Assembly (NCBI GenBank): GCA_902406375.1
Contig: CABPDL010000003.1
Span: 12,125 to 76,124, forward strand
Direction: 5' to 3'
Length of the DNA stretch: 64,000 nt
From: an uncultured Collinsella sp.
Lineage (GTDB): Bacteria; Actinomycetota; Coriobacteriia; Coriobacteriales; Coriobacteriaceae
Positions 54,786 to 63,505 of this stretch are shown here, in pieces. The translations under genes were made by a program, and so were the position numbers. The first letter of the stretch is position 1. Every line of letters begins with the position of its first letter. The notes under the pieces were generated by a model. The model searched no databases. It was not told the origin of the DNA and was given only the letters and a program-made list of their open reading frames with translations.

Positions 54786-54814
54786 TGTGACAAAGGGGCT
54801 GTCCCTTTGTCACA
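54786..54814. repeat. Palindromic repeat family copy 5 (perfect), abutting the ABC-gene stop codon
   Basis: TGTGACAAAGGGGCTGTCCCTTTGTCACA, with 12-bp perfect arms. Confidence 0.7.
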
Positions 54815-57800
54815 TCATTCGGAGCGTAGGGCTTCCACAGGATCCTTTTTGGATGCGCTGCGAGCCGGCAGCAGACCGGCGACGACCGTCAGCAGCACCG
54901 AAATTGCAATGAGCACCAGCGCATCCTGCACGGGCAAGCTCATCAGATTGGGGACCTGTTTGACCGCAAGCGCCCAGGCATTGACCGGAAAACTCACGAG
55001 CACCACGACGACGATGGCGAAGACGCCAGCAATGAGGCCTTCGATGAAAGTCTCGGCGTTGAACACGTTGGCCACATTGCGCTTCGACGCGCCGATCGCG
55101 CGCAGGATGCCAATCTCCTTTTTACGTTCCAGCACGCTGATGTAGGTGATGATGCCGATCATGATGGAGCTGACGACCAAGCTGATGCTCACAAATGCGA
55201 TGAGCACCAAGCTGATGGTGTTCACGATGTCGGTTACCGAACCCATGATAATGCCCATGTAGTCGGTGTACGAGATTGCCTGCTCGTCGTGGCCGGCGGC
55301 TTTGACCTGCTTGTTATACGCATCGATGTGATCGAGTACGCGCTCCTTGGCCTCAAAGTCGCGCGGGAAAATCTTAACCGAGATGGGATCTGCCTCATCC
55401 GCATAGCCCAACGTGGTCAGATTGTTATCGTAGGTGAGCTGTGACGCCTTGGCATAGCTCATCATGAGCGAACTCAGGTCCTCGGCGTCCATGTTGAAGT
55501 GAATGGCATTGGCAAAGGCGCTCGCATCCACACGCATAGCGCCCGCCAGGTTAGCAATACTCGACGACACCTGCGTAGCCACCTGTCCCATGAGCCCCGC
55601 CGCGCCTGCTTTAAGCTGGGACGATACAGTTGTCGCAATCTGCTCGCTAATTGTCTGCATCACCTGATCCATAGCCTGTTGCAGATACGGAGCCAGCTGC
55701 TTTTGCGCATAGTCGGTCATCGCGTGCTGCAGGCGCTCTACCAGGGCATCGCCGCCGAGCGCTTTGAGCTGGGTCAGGATTTGCTGGGCTACCGCATCAC
55801 TCTCAAGATACGTCGAGAACGCGGCGGCGAGCTTCGACGCGTCCTTAAGATCTTCGGGCGACAGCGCCTTAAACTGATCAGACTGCAAAAAGCCCTCAAA
55901 CAGTTGGTTGGCAAGCGTTCCCACCTGCTGCATTTGCTCGGGCGTGAGCTCCAGACCGTCAAAGATGCCCGAGAAATCTGGGGCCGGTGCTTTTGCCATG
56001 ATGCTGCTGAAGTCGATGTCCTTGCCAACGCCCGAAAGGTCAATATCCAGGCCCGACAAATCGATGCCCGAAAGATCCATGCCACCGGCAGCACCCGAGA
56101 GTGCAGATGCATCGAACGAGAACGCGCTCTTCAACGCCGCCTCGTCCACACTGAACATGCTGCCCAGATCCACGCCCTGCTTGGCCTCGCCCTGCAGTTC
56201 ATCGAAAGATTTGCCCGTAAAGACATCCGTCTCGGGGTGGACAAGCTGCTCCTGCACGATCTGCGAATCGGCGGCGCGCTTCATAAGCTGGCAAGTCAGC
56301 GCATGCGTATAGGCAATGCCCGGAGTCAATGCGCTCGCGTTGGCCGTCTCGTTGGGTCGCACCACGCCCACAATGCGCACGTCAATACCGTCGGCAACCT
56401 TGGCCGCCATAAAGTCGGCATCGCCAGACATGTCAGTCCACATGCCGGTCTCTTCGTTTTTGCGATAGGCATCGGACGGCGACAGCACCTTAAACGTCGT
56501 GGACAGCGCATCGTCGTAGGTAAAGTCGGTGCCGGCCTTGGGCGTCTCGACCTTGCCGTCGGCCGTCATGGCACTGTTAACCAGGTCGTTGAGCTCATCG
56601 ATATCCAGCGCACCGATGCTGTAGAGCGTGTAGTCACCCACCGTGCCGCGGCTCGAAAGCACCATCACGGCCTCGTTGGCAGACGTAGGCCAATGGCCGG
56701 CAACGACATCGTACTGGCTGTCGAGCAGGCTCTGGTCGTCAATCATCTCGTTAAAGACCGAGGTTCCCATGGAATCCATGCTCACCGTTGCCGCCGAACT
56801 TGCGCCGCCGCTCATGGCCTCGGTCATAGCGTTGGGCACCAGCCGGACAGGCTTCTCATCGCCCTTGCCCGCACGATAGACAACCGGCGTCACGCCGTAG
56901 CCGTACTGGATAGCGTTGACCTCTTTATTGATACCGTCGCCGTCGTCGTCAAGCCATGCCTTAAAGCTTGTCATATCGTTAGATTTAACACTTGCGAACA
57001 TGTCCTTTACGGCTGTGACCACAGGGATCTTGTCGGTTCCCTTAGCTTTGCCACCGGTAGCGTCATCGGACGAGCCCTCGCCCTTGGACACCTCCTCATC
57101 GGTAGCCCCATGGCCGCCCATCATGGACGACAGGTCGTAGTCTTGTTTGGAAATCGTCAGCGGGTAGCTCGAGAGCGTGTCCTCCTCGACCTTTTTGATG
57201 TAGTCGTTTACGCCGTTGGACAGCGCCAGGATCGCCGCAATGCCGATAATGCCAATCGAGCCCGCAAAGGCCGTCATGGCCGTACGGCCCTTCTTGGTCA
57301 TGAGGTTTCGGGCAGAAAGCCCCAGCGCCGTCACAAAGCTCATCGAGGTTTTGCGCGTGGGCTTGGCCTCGCGACGCGCGGCCTCGGCAGCATCAAAGGG
57401 ATCTGAATCGTCGGTGACCTTGCCGTCCGCCAGGTTGACGATACGCGTGGCGTACCTGTATGCCAGCTCGGGATTGTGCGTGACCATGATGACCAAACGA
57501 TCGCGCGCAACGTCCTTGAGCAAATCCATGACCTGCACGGATGTCGTTGAGTCCAAGGCGCCGGTCGGCTCGTCAGCCAGCACAATCTCGGGATCGTTGA
57601 TCAGGGCGCGGGCAATGGCCACGCGCTGCATCTGCCCGCCCGATAGCTGGCTCGGGCGCTTGTTAACGTGCTCGCCCAGACCAACCGCCTCGAGCGCCTC
57701 GCGCGCACGCTGGCGGCGCTCGGCATGCCCCACACCTGTGAGCGTAAGCGCCAGCTCCACGTTTTCCAAGATGGTCTGATGCGGAATGAGGTTATAGCTC

Positions 57801-58069
57801 TGGAACACAAAGCCGATGCGGTTGTTGCGATAAGCATCCCAATCGCGATCACGGAAGTCCTTGGTCGAAATGCCATCGATGAGCAGGTCGCCAGAATCAA
57901 AGTGATCGAGTCCGCCGATAACGTTGAGCATCGTAGTTTTACCCGAACCCGAGGGACCCAGAATGGCCACGAACTCGTTATCGCGAAAAGACAGGCTTAC
58001 GTTGTCGAGCGCCACCTGCGTAAACGACTGCGTAACGTACCTTTTGCAAATACCTTTGAGCTCCAGCAT
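54815..58069 (-). CDS. Fused ABC transporter ATP-binding/permease protein, MacB/FtsX-like, with a very large extracytoplasmic domain
   Basis: ATG 58069 after GGAGAGG. Walker A GPSGSGKTT, signature LSGGQMQR, Walker B LADEPTGALD, then one TM helix, about 600 aa of soluble domain, and a C-terminal FtsX-type 3-TM bundle. Confidence 0.85.
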   Translation of the reverse strand: MLELKGICKRYVTQSFTQVALDNVSLSFRDNEFVAILGPSGSGKTTMLNVIGGLDHFDSGDLLIDGISTKDFRDRDWDAYRNNRIGFVFQSYNLIPHQTILENVELALTLTGVGHAERRQRAREALEAVGLGEHVNKRPSQLSGGQMQRVAIARALINDPEIVLADEPTGALDSTTSVQVMDLLKDVARDRLVIMVTHNPELAYRYATRIVNLADGKVTDDSDPFDAAEAARREAKPTRKTSMSFVTALGLSARNLMTKKGRTAMTAFAGSIGIIGIAAILALSNGVNDYIKKVEEDTLSSYPLTISKQDYDLSSMMGGHGATDEEVSKGEGSSDDATGGKAKGTDKIPVVTAVKDMFASVKSNDMTSFKAWLDDDGDGINKEVNAIQYGYGVTPVVYRAGKGDEKPVRLVPNAMTEAMSGGASSAATVSMDSMGTSVFNEMIDDQSLLDSQYDVVAGHWPTSANEAVMVLSSRGTVGDYTLYSIGALDIDELNDLVNSAMTADGKVETPKAGTDFTYDDALSTTFKVLSPSDAYRKNEETGMWTDMSGDADFMAAKVADGIDVRIVGVVRPNETANASALTPGIAYTHALTCQLMKRAADSQIVQEQLVHPETDVFTGKSFDELQGEAKQGVDLGSMFSVDEAALKSAFSFDASALSGAAGGMDLSGIDLSGLDIDLSGVGKDIDFSSIMAKAPAPDFSGIFDGLELTPEQMQQVGTLANQLFEGFLQSDQFKALSPEDLKDASKLAAAFSTYLESDAVAQQILTQLKALGGDALVERLQHAMTDYAQKQLAPYLQQAMDQVMQTISEQIATTVSSQLKAGAAGLMGQVATQVSSSIANLAGAMRVDASAFANAIHFNMDAEDLSSLMMSYAKASQLTYDNNLTTLGYADEADPISVKIFPRDFEAKERVLDHIDAYNKQVKAAGHDEQAISYTDYMGIIMGSVTDIVNTISLVLIAFVSISLVVSSIMIGIITYISVLERKKEIGILRAIGASKRNVANVFNAETFIEGLIAGVFAIVVVVLVSFPVNAWALAVKQVPNLMSLPVQDALVLIAISVLLTVVAGLLPARSASKKDPVEALRSE

Positions 58070-58214
58070 GGACGGCAACCTCTCCTGCGCAGGCACCCTG
58101 CCCGCTCTCCTCCGCCGTTCGTATTCGACGCGTTTGTCCTACTCTATTCCCATTTTTCACCGACACCAGTGAGGAATGTAGGGAACCGCATCAAAAAACG
58201 AACGGGACGACGTC

Positions 58215-58242
58215 CAAAAAAGAGGCCCCAAGTGGGACCTCT
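58215..58242 (-). terminator. Rho-independent terminator after the thioredoxin-like lipoprotein gene
   Basis: Minus strand AGAGGTCCC-ACTT-GGGGCCTCT followed by TTTTTT. Confidence 0.65.
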
Positions 58243-58321
58243 AAATGGTGGAGCTTATCTTGAAAGGTAGCGGACTACTTTGCACAGCGACACACGATCC
58301 ACGCTATGCTTTACGCGTTTT

Positions 58322-59293
58322 CTACTGCTCGCTATTCGCAATCGCCTGGTCGATAAGCTTATCGAGTGCTGCGCGCTGCTCGGCGGAGCTGATGGCTCCC
58401 ACGATTGGATCCCCTACGATGTTGCCATTCTGATCGATGACATACGTTGTCGGGAACGAGAACAAATTTGACGTAAACTTACCGGCCTCGCTATCCGACT
58501 TGAACCAGATGTTCTTATATGTCACGCCCTTCTTGCTCAGCACGTCCTTGGCATCTGCAATCTCGCCCTTGTTGCCATCGAGCGTAAAGGAATTGACGCC
58601 CACGACCTGGCCGCCCTTCTCGGCAAGCTCCTGATTCAGTTTCTCAAGATCGCCCAACTCACCCACGCACGGCTTGCAAGTGGTGAACCAGAAGTTCATG
58701 ACGGTAACCTTGTTCTTAGAGAACAGCTCGTCGCTGCTCACGTCGTTGCCGTCCAGGTCCTTGCCCATAAAGCTGGGGAACTTCGTCGCCTCGCTCGAAG
58801 CATTGGCACCAGCCGTCATGCCAGCGGTCGAAGCGTCGACGCTCTCGCCTGCGCTCGGCGTGCTTCCACAGCCGGGGAACTCCTTCTCCAAGCTCTCGAG
58901 CTTGTCCTCGATTTCCTTGATCTGCTGCGCACCGGCCTTGAGCGTCTTAAGCTCATCCGCCGTGAACTCATCCTTGGCGCCGTCGATGGTCTTGAGCAGG
59001 AAATCGCCGTAATTGCTGCCGTCCTCAATCATTGTCGAGTCTTTATTTGCCGCATTGAATACCTTTTCCCACAGCGCGTTATCACTCGAAAAGATCTCGT
59101 TCTCCTTCTGCATGAGTTTTGCATACAACTCGGCGGCCTCGTCGGCATTGGCCGGCTTCTGCGCAGTGAGCTCTGCGATCTTAGGATCGGAGCTCGCAGA
59201 TTCGCTCGCATTACCACCGGGCGCCGAACATGCCACAAGGCACAAGGCCAATACCGGCACCATAAACAGGGCCGCAATCTTAGAAAGCTTCAT
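58322..59293 (-). CDS. TlpA/redoxin-family thiol-disulfide oxidoreductase lipoprotein
   Basis: Lipobox LALCLVAC. C-terminal thioredoxin fold with FWFTTCKPCVGELGDL (CxxC). ATG 59293 lies 7 nt after GGAGG; ATG 59299 is too close to the RBS. Confidence 0.8.
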   Translation of the reverse strand: MKLSKIAALFMVPVLALCLVACSAPGGNASESASSDPKIAELTAQKPANADEAAELYAKLMQKENEIFSSDNALWEKVFNAANKDSTMIEDGSNYGDFLLKTIDGAKDEFTADELKTLKAGAQQIKEIEDKLESLEKEFPGCGSTPSAGESVDASTAGMTAGANASSEATKFPSFMGKDLDGNDVSSDELFSKNKVTVMNFWFTTCKPCVGELGDLEKLNQELAEKGGQVVGVNSFTLDGNKGEIADAKDVLSKKGVTYKNIWFKSDSEAGKFTSNLFSFPTTYVIDQNGNIVGDPIVGAISSAEQRAALDKLIDQAIANSEQ

Positions 59294-59322
59294 AGTCATT
59301 CCTCCGTTTTGTCGAAGCTTGT

Positions 59323-60225
59323 TTACTTTTTATCAGCGGTCAAGGGAAGCTTTTCCGCCGACACATCCAGGCCATAGCGATAGCTGATGGCATCGACGGG
59401 ACAGGCCCCGATGCACTTTCCGCACCGGATACATTCGGCATGATTGGGCGCGCGGACCACATCAACGTCCATCTGACAAACCTTTGAGCACTTGCCGCAC
59501 GAGACACATTTGCACGCGTCAACCTGAATCCCCAACAAGGACACCCTATTCATGAGCGCATAGAATGCGCCGAGTGGGCAAATCCATTTGCAGAAGGGGC
59601 GGTAGAACAAAACGCTCAGCACTACCACGGCAATGAGAACGGCAAGTTTCCAAGTAAAGAGATGTCCCAACGCAGATCGAATGCCGGCATTGGCGATGGC
59701 CAGCGGAATGGCGCCCTCGAGCACACCCTGCGGACAGATGTACTTGCAAAAGAATGGGTCGCCCATGCCCACGTCGTTAACCATCAAGACGGGCAGCAGC
59801 ACCACGGCAAACAGCAGCACGACGTACTTGATGTACGTGAGCGGCTTAAGCTTTTTCGTGGAAAGCTTTTTGCCGGGAATCTTATGAAGCAGCTCCTGCA
59901 GCCAGCCAAACGGGCACAGAAAGCCGCATACAAAGCGTCCCAGCAGCACGCCGAGCAAAATGAGCGTACCGGTGACATAGTAAGAAAAGTTGAACTTGGA
60001 TGAACCTACCACCGACTGGAACGACCCGATGGGGCACGCACCCGATGCCGCGGGGCACGAATAGCAATTAAGTCCAGGTACGCAGACTGTTTTCCCCGCG
60101 CCCTGATAAATGCCGCCTTTGGCAAAGTTTGGCAGGTGAATATTGGTGACCAGCGTCGCCGCCGCCTGAAAGAATCCGCGAAATCGGGCCAAAACATGCG
60201 ACGCAGTGTTTTCTCTTTTATCCAA
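59323..60225 (-). CDS. Membrane-bound 4Fe-4S-binding protein (NapH/MauN-like polyferredoxin)
   Basis: CxxCP-type motifs LNCYSCPAASGACPIG and FCKWICPLG. Two ferredoxin clusters CVSCGKCSKVC and CIRCGKCIGACP. Several TM helices. The start is tentatively TTG 60225, overlapping the stop of the upstream small ORF. Confidence 0.7.
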   Translation of the reverse strand: MDKRENTASHVLARFRGFFQAAATLVTNIHLPNFAKGGIYQGAGKTVCVPGLNCYSCPAASGACPIGSFQSVVGSSKFNFSYYVTGTLILLGVLLGRFVCGFLCPFGWLQELLHKIPGKKLSTKKLKPLTYIKYVVLLFAVVLLPVLMVNDVGMGDPFFCKYICPQGVLEGAIPLAIANAGIRSALGHLFTWKLAVLIAVVVLSVLFYRPFCKWICPLGAFYALMNRVSLLGIQVDACKCVSCGKCSKVCQMDVDVVRAPNHAECIRCGKCIGACPVDAISYRYGLDVSAEKLPLTADKK

Positions 60226-60364
60226 TTCCGATACACTCCAAGCACAGCCTAATCGCTTTGGCCAGCACGGCATCCGCCTCGCCACGCATAACACCAAAGC
60301 ACACCATGGCAATTCCGACGATCAACAAAGCGACCTGTACCATGGGTTTTACCGCTTTGAACAA
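60218..60364 (-). CDS. Small (41-48 aa) membrane protein with C-terminal CxxC; resembles the CD1871A-family CXXC proteins
   Basis: Not in the ORF track (under 60 aa). Hand translation gives LFKAVKPMVQVALLIVGIAMVCFGVMRGEADAVLAKAIRLCLECIGIG*. GAAAGGAG lies 8 nt upstream of TTG 60364. The alternative start is ATG 60343. Confidence 0.55.
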   Translation of the reverse strand: MFKAVKPMVQVALLIVGIAMVCFGVMRGEADAVLAKAIRLCLECIGIG

Positions 60365-60454
60365 CTCGACCACTCCTTTCGTTACGCGACCATTGGACCA
60401 TATCGACTATAAAATCCGTGTTAAGCGCGATTTGAAATGTGCAAGGAGACTGTT

Positions 60455-61129
60455 ATGCGTATTTTGATCGTCGAGGACGAGCGGGCGCTGTGTGACGCAA
60501 TCGCGCGCAGCTTGCGAAACCTGGCATACAGCGTCGACTGCTGTCACGACGGACAGGAGGCGCTCGACCTGCTGGGCGTCGAAGTCTTTGACCTCGTGGT
60601 ACTCGACCTCAACCTTCCCCGTATCGACGGCATGACCGTACTCAGGGAACTTAGGAAAACCGACTGCGAGACCAAGGTGCTGATTCTGTCCGCGCGTGGC
60701 GAAGTATCCGATAAGGTCGACGGACTCGATGCCGGCGCCAACGATTACCTCACCAAGCCGTTTCATCTGGACGAACTTGCGGCAAGGATCCGCAGCCTTA
60801 CCCTCAGGCGCTTCGCACAAAGCGACATAGTATTAACCTGCGGAAAACTCAGCTTTGACACCAAGGCGCGCATCGCTTCCGTGGGCAGCGAGGCCTTATC
60901 TCTTACACGCAAGGAAACGGGAATCTTGGAATACCTGATGCTTAATCAGGGGCGTCCGGTAAGTCAAGAGGAGCTTATCGAGCACGTTTGGGATAGCAGC
61001 GTGAACAGCTTTAGCAACGCAACCCGCGTTCACATCTCGTCACTCCGCAAAAAGCTACGCAGCGCTTTGGGATACGACCCGATTCGCAATCGGATTGGAG
61101 AGGGCTACGTTATGGAGGATAGCGAATGA
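60455..61129 (+). CDS. OmpR-family response regulator
   Basis: ATG 60455 after AAGGAG. MRILIVEDE...DLVVLDLNLP.IDG...LSARG. The C-terminal winged helix ends ...RNRIGEGYVME. Confidence 0.9.
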   Translation: MRILIVEDERALCDAIARSLRNLAYSVDCCHDGQEALDLLGVEVFDLVVLDLNLPRIDGMTVLRELRKTDCETKVLILSARGEVSDKVDGLDAGANDYLTKPFHLDELAARIRSLTLRRFAQSDIVLTCGKLSFDTKARIASVGSEALSLTRKETGILEYLMLNQGRPVSQEELIEHVWDSSVNSFSNATRVHISSLRKKLRSALGYDPIRNRIGEGYVMEDSE

Positions 61130-62277
61130 AAAGGCTTTCGCTGCAATGGCGCATAACGATTATGACGGCACTGCTCACGTGTGCGGCATGCGTGCTGACG
61201 AACTGCCTGGTCGGCTATACGGGCATGCGCTACATGGATGCCATCGGCAGTAACATCTCGGCCTTTAAGGCAACCGGCGAAGATTCGCCCCAGGCATTCG
61301 ACCCGACGAAAGCGGTCCCCGATGACAGAGTCACGATCGTCGTAAACGACGCACAGGAGTCTTTTGGCACGACAGCCTGGTACATCACGGCTGGAGTCAC
61401 GCTCCTTGGCGGCGTGCTGGCATACTTTGTGAGCGGCCGTGCACTTAAACCGCTACGGGCTTTTGCAGCCCAGGTTGAGCGCGTGCAGCCTGACAACCTA
61501 AGCGAAATCAGACTCAATGAAGATATGCCCACCGAGCTACAACGATGCAGCGCCTCTTTCAACGACATGATCGCTCGTCTTGGCGAAGGGTTCTCTGCAC
61601 AGCGTCAGTTTACCGGCAACGCCGCACACGAGCTGCGCACCCCGCTCGCCCTTATGCAAGCACAGATTGAACTATTCATCTCCGAGCACTCCGGTTTGCA
61701 ACCCGAAACAGCCGAGCTGCTCGGCCTGCTACAAGAACAAACTGAGCGCATGTCTCGAATGACCAAGGTATTGCTCGAGATGAGTGAGCTCCGCAGTGTC
61801 CCTTGCGGGGACGCTGTTGAACTCGGCCCCCTGTCCGAAGAGGTCCTCACCGATCTTGCGCCACTTGCCGAGGATAAGGGCATAGCCCTCAATTGTGCTG
61901 GAGACGCTTTAGTAATCGGGAGCGACACGCTCCTCTATCGGCTGGTGTTTAATCTGGTCGAAAACGCCATCCGTTACAGCCGCTCCGGCTCGACTGTCAA
62001 CGTCTCCATCAGCGACAGCGACAGCCATGTGTTCCTGCGAGTCGAAGACCAGGGCCCGGGAATACCCAAGCAGTACCGTGAGAGCATCTTCCAACCGTTC
62101 TTTCGCCTGGATAAATCCCGCAGCAGGGCATATGGCGGCGCAGGACTCGGACTAGCGCTCGTTTGGGAGATTGCAGCGCTTCACGGTGGCACGGTAGAGG
62201 TCGAAGCAAGTTCCGAGAACGGGACCACCATGCTCGTAAGCCTTCCAAAACGATCCGCAGCGTCAACCAAACAGTAA
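61126..62277 (+). CDS. Sensor histidine kinase (2 TM, HAMP, HisKA, HATPase_c)
   Basis: ATGA overlap with the regulator gene. H-box AAHELRTPLA, N-box NLVENAIRYS, G-boxes EDQGPGIP and GGAGLGLA. Confidence 0.9.
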   Translation: MKRLSLQWRITIMTALLTCAACVLTNCLVGYTGMRYMDAIGSNISAFKATGEDSPQAFDPTKAVPDDRVTIVVNDAQESFGTTAWYITAGVTLLGGVLAYFVSGRALKPLRAFAAQVERVQPDNLSEIRLNEDMPTELQRCSASFNDMIARLGEGFSAQRQFTGNAAHELRTPLALMQAQIELFISEHSGLQPETAELLGLLQEQTERMSRMTKVLLEMSELRSVPCGDAVELGPLSEEVLTDLAPLAEDKGIALNCAGDALVIGSDTLLYRLVFNLVENAIRYSRSGSTVNVSISDSDSHVFLRVEDQGPGIPKQYRESIFQPFFRLDKSRSRAYGGAGLGLALVWEIAALHGGTVEVEASSENGTTMLVSLPKRSAASTKQ

Positions 62278-62345
62278 AACGAAAGGGGTCCCGAGCAACA
62301 GGAGTACAATTGCTGCTATTGTTGCCAGCTGTTGGGAGATGGAAG

Positions 62346-63350
62346 ATGGACTGCGATGGCTACCCATGCGTTCCCATGCCGTTGATGTGCACTGCCTTTG
62401 TGCCGGGGCAGATTGACACTGCGGTTGCAGGCATTTCCGACCCCGATTCACGCACCATCGCCACGGCAGAAGCGCTGTACTTTCGCGGACAGGCCGCCCT
62501 CGCTGCCAAGACGGCGCGTCCCTATCTTGACGCCACCGACCCCGCACTGCGCTATTCCGCATGCTTTATCTGCGGATATGCCAGTCTGTCGCTCAACCGT
62601 ATCGCCGACGCCCGCCGTTGTCTTGCGGGCATCCTCGATACGCCCACCAACGAAGAATCGCTCGCCGTCCATGCCATGCGTATCCTGTTCGCCTCGGCCG
62701 CAAGCGTCCTGCTACACTTGCCTTCCCCGTATTCTGCCGAAGAGTTTTATCCGCTTGCGGCGCATCTACCCGAAGGCCTGCGCCTGTTCGCCAGCTACGT
62801 GATGGCGCATGCCCTGTACCTGCGCGGCGAATATGGCCGCAGTCTGGGCATGGCGGAAAACGCCCTGATCATGAAACAGGGAAGCTATCCGATCTCGGAA
62901 CTGTTCCTTCACCTGGCAGCTTCCATGGCATGCATGAGCCTCAAGGACATCGACGCCGCAAAAACGCACTTCGGAATTGCTTGGAACATTGCGCGTCCCG
63001 ACGGCCTTATCGAGCTCATCGGCGAGCACCACGGCCTTTTGCAGGGGCTTATCGAGGCGTGCCTAAAAACGCAATACCCTGACGACTTCGCGCGCATCAT
63101 CGAGATCACATACCGCTTCAGCTACGGCTGGCGGCGCATCCACAACCCCGATTCGGGCGAGGACGTTGCCGACGATCTAACGACCACGGAATTCACCATG
63201 GCCATGCTCGCCTGTCGTGGGTGGACCAACGCCGAAATCGCACGCCATATGGGAGTATCGCCGGGCACCGTCAAAAACCGCCTATCCGGCGTATACGCAA
63301 AGCTTGGCATCGGCACACGCGCCGAGCTGGTCGCGCATATGTTACGTTAG
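62346..63350 (+). CDS. LuxR-family transcriptional regulator with a helical-repeat (TPR/MalT-like) N-terminal domain
   Basis: C-terminal HTH LTTTEFTMAMLACRGWTNAEIARHMGVSPGTVKNRLSGVYAKLGIGTRAELV. The start is ATG 62346 (GGGAGA upstream) or TTG 62310 (GGAG upstream). Confidence 0.8.
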   Translation: MDCDGYPCVPMPLMCTAFVPGQIDTAVAGISDPDSRTIATAEALYFRGQAALAAKTARPYLDATDPALRYSACFICGYASLSLNRIADARRCLAGILDTPTNEESLAVHAMRILFASAASVLLHLPSPYSAEEFYPLAAHLPEGLRLFASYVMAHALYLRGEYGRSLGMAENALIMKQGSYPISELFLHLAASMACMSLKDIDAAKTHFGIAWNIARPDGLIELIGEHHGLLQGLIEACLKTQYPDDFARIIEITYRFSYGWRRIHNPDSGEDVADDLTTTEFTMAMLACRGWTNAEIARHMGVSPGTVKNRLSGVYAKLGIGTRAELVAHMLR

Positions 63351-63408
63351 CGACCGGACTACCAAGCGCATCGAACGCGTTCCGGAACCCGGCGCTTCGC
63401 TCGATCAA

Positions 63409-63443
63409 TTTGGACATTTTGACCCTTGAACGGCACTACCGCC
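63409..63443 (+). promoter_or_regulatory. Conserved bipartite motif, copy C (TTTGGACATTTTG-N9-CGGCACTACCGCC)
   Basis: Both 13-nt blocks are identical to copy A and the N9 differs. It lies 62 nt upstream of ATG 63506 and directly downstream of the LuxR gene. Confidence 0.5.
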
Positions 63444-63505
63444 ACGGGGCGCCTTCTCGCAAAATTGGATTATTTCCACCGATACTTGCGGGATGGGAGC
63501 CCAAG

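Noticed and set aside
60226-60312. ATG 60312 as the start of the 4Fe-4S protein, and the 79-aa ORF 60006-60245(-).
   Set aside because: Both would overlap the RBS-preceded CXXC mini-ORF in other frames. The N-terminal extension (MPWCALVLCVARRMPCWPKRLGCAW) has no RBS and looks non-native.
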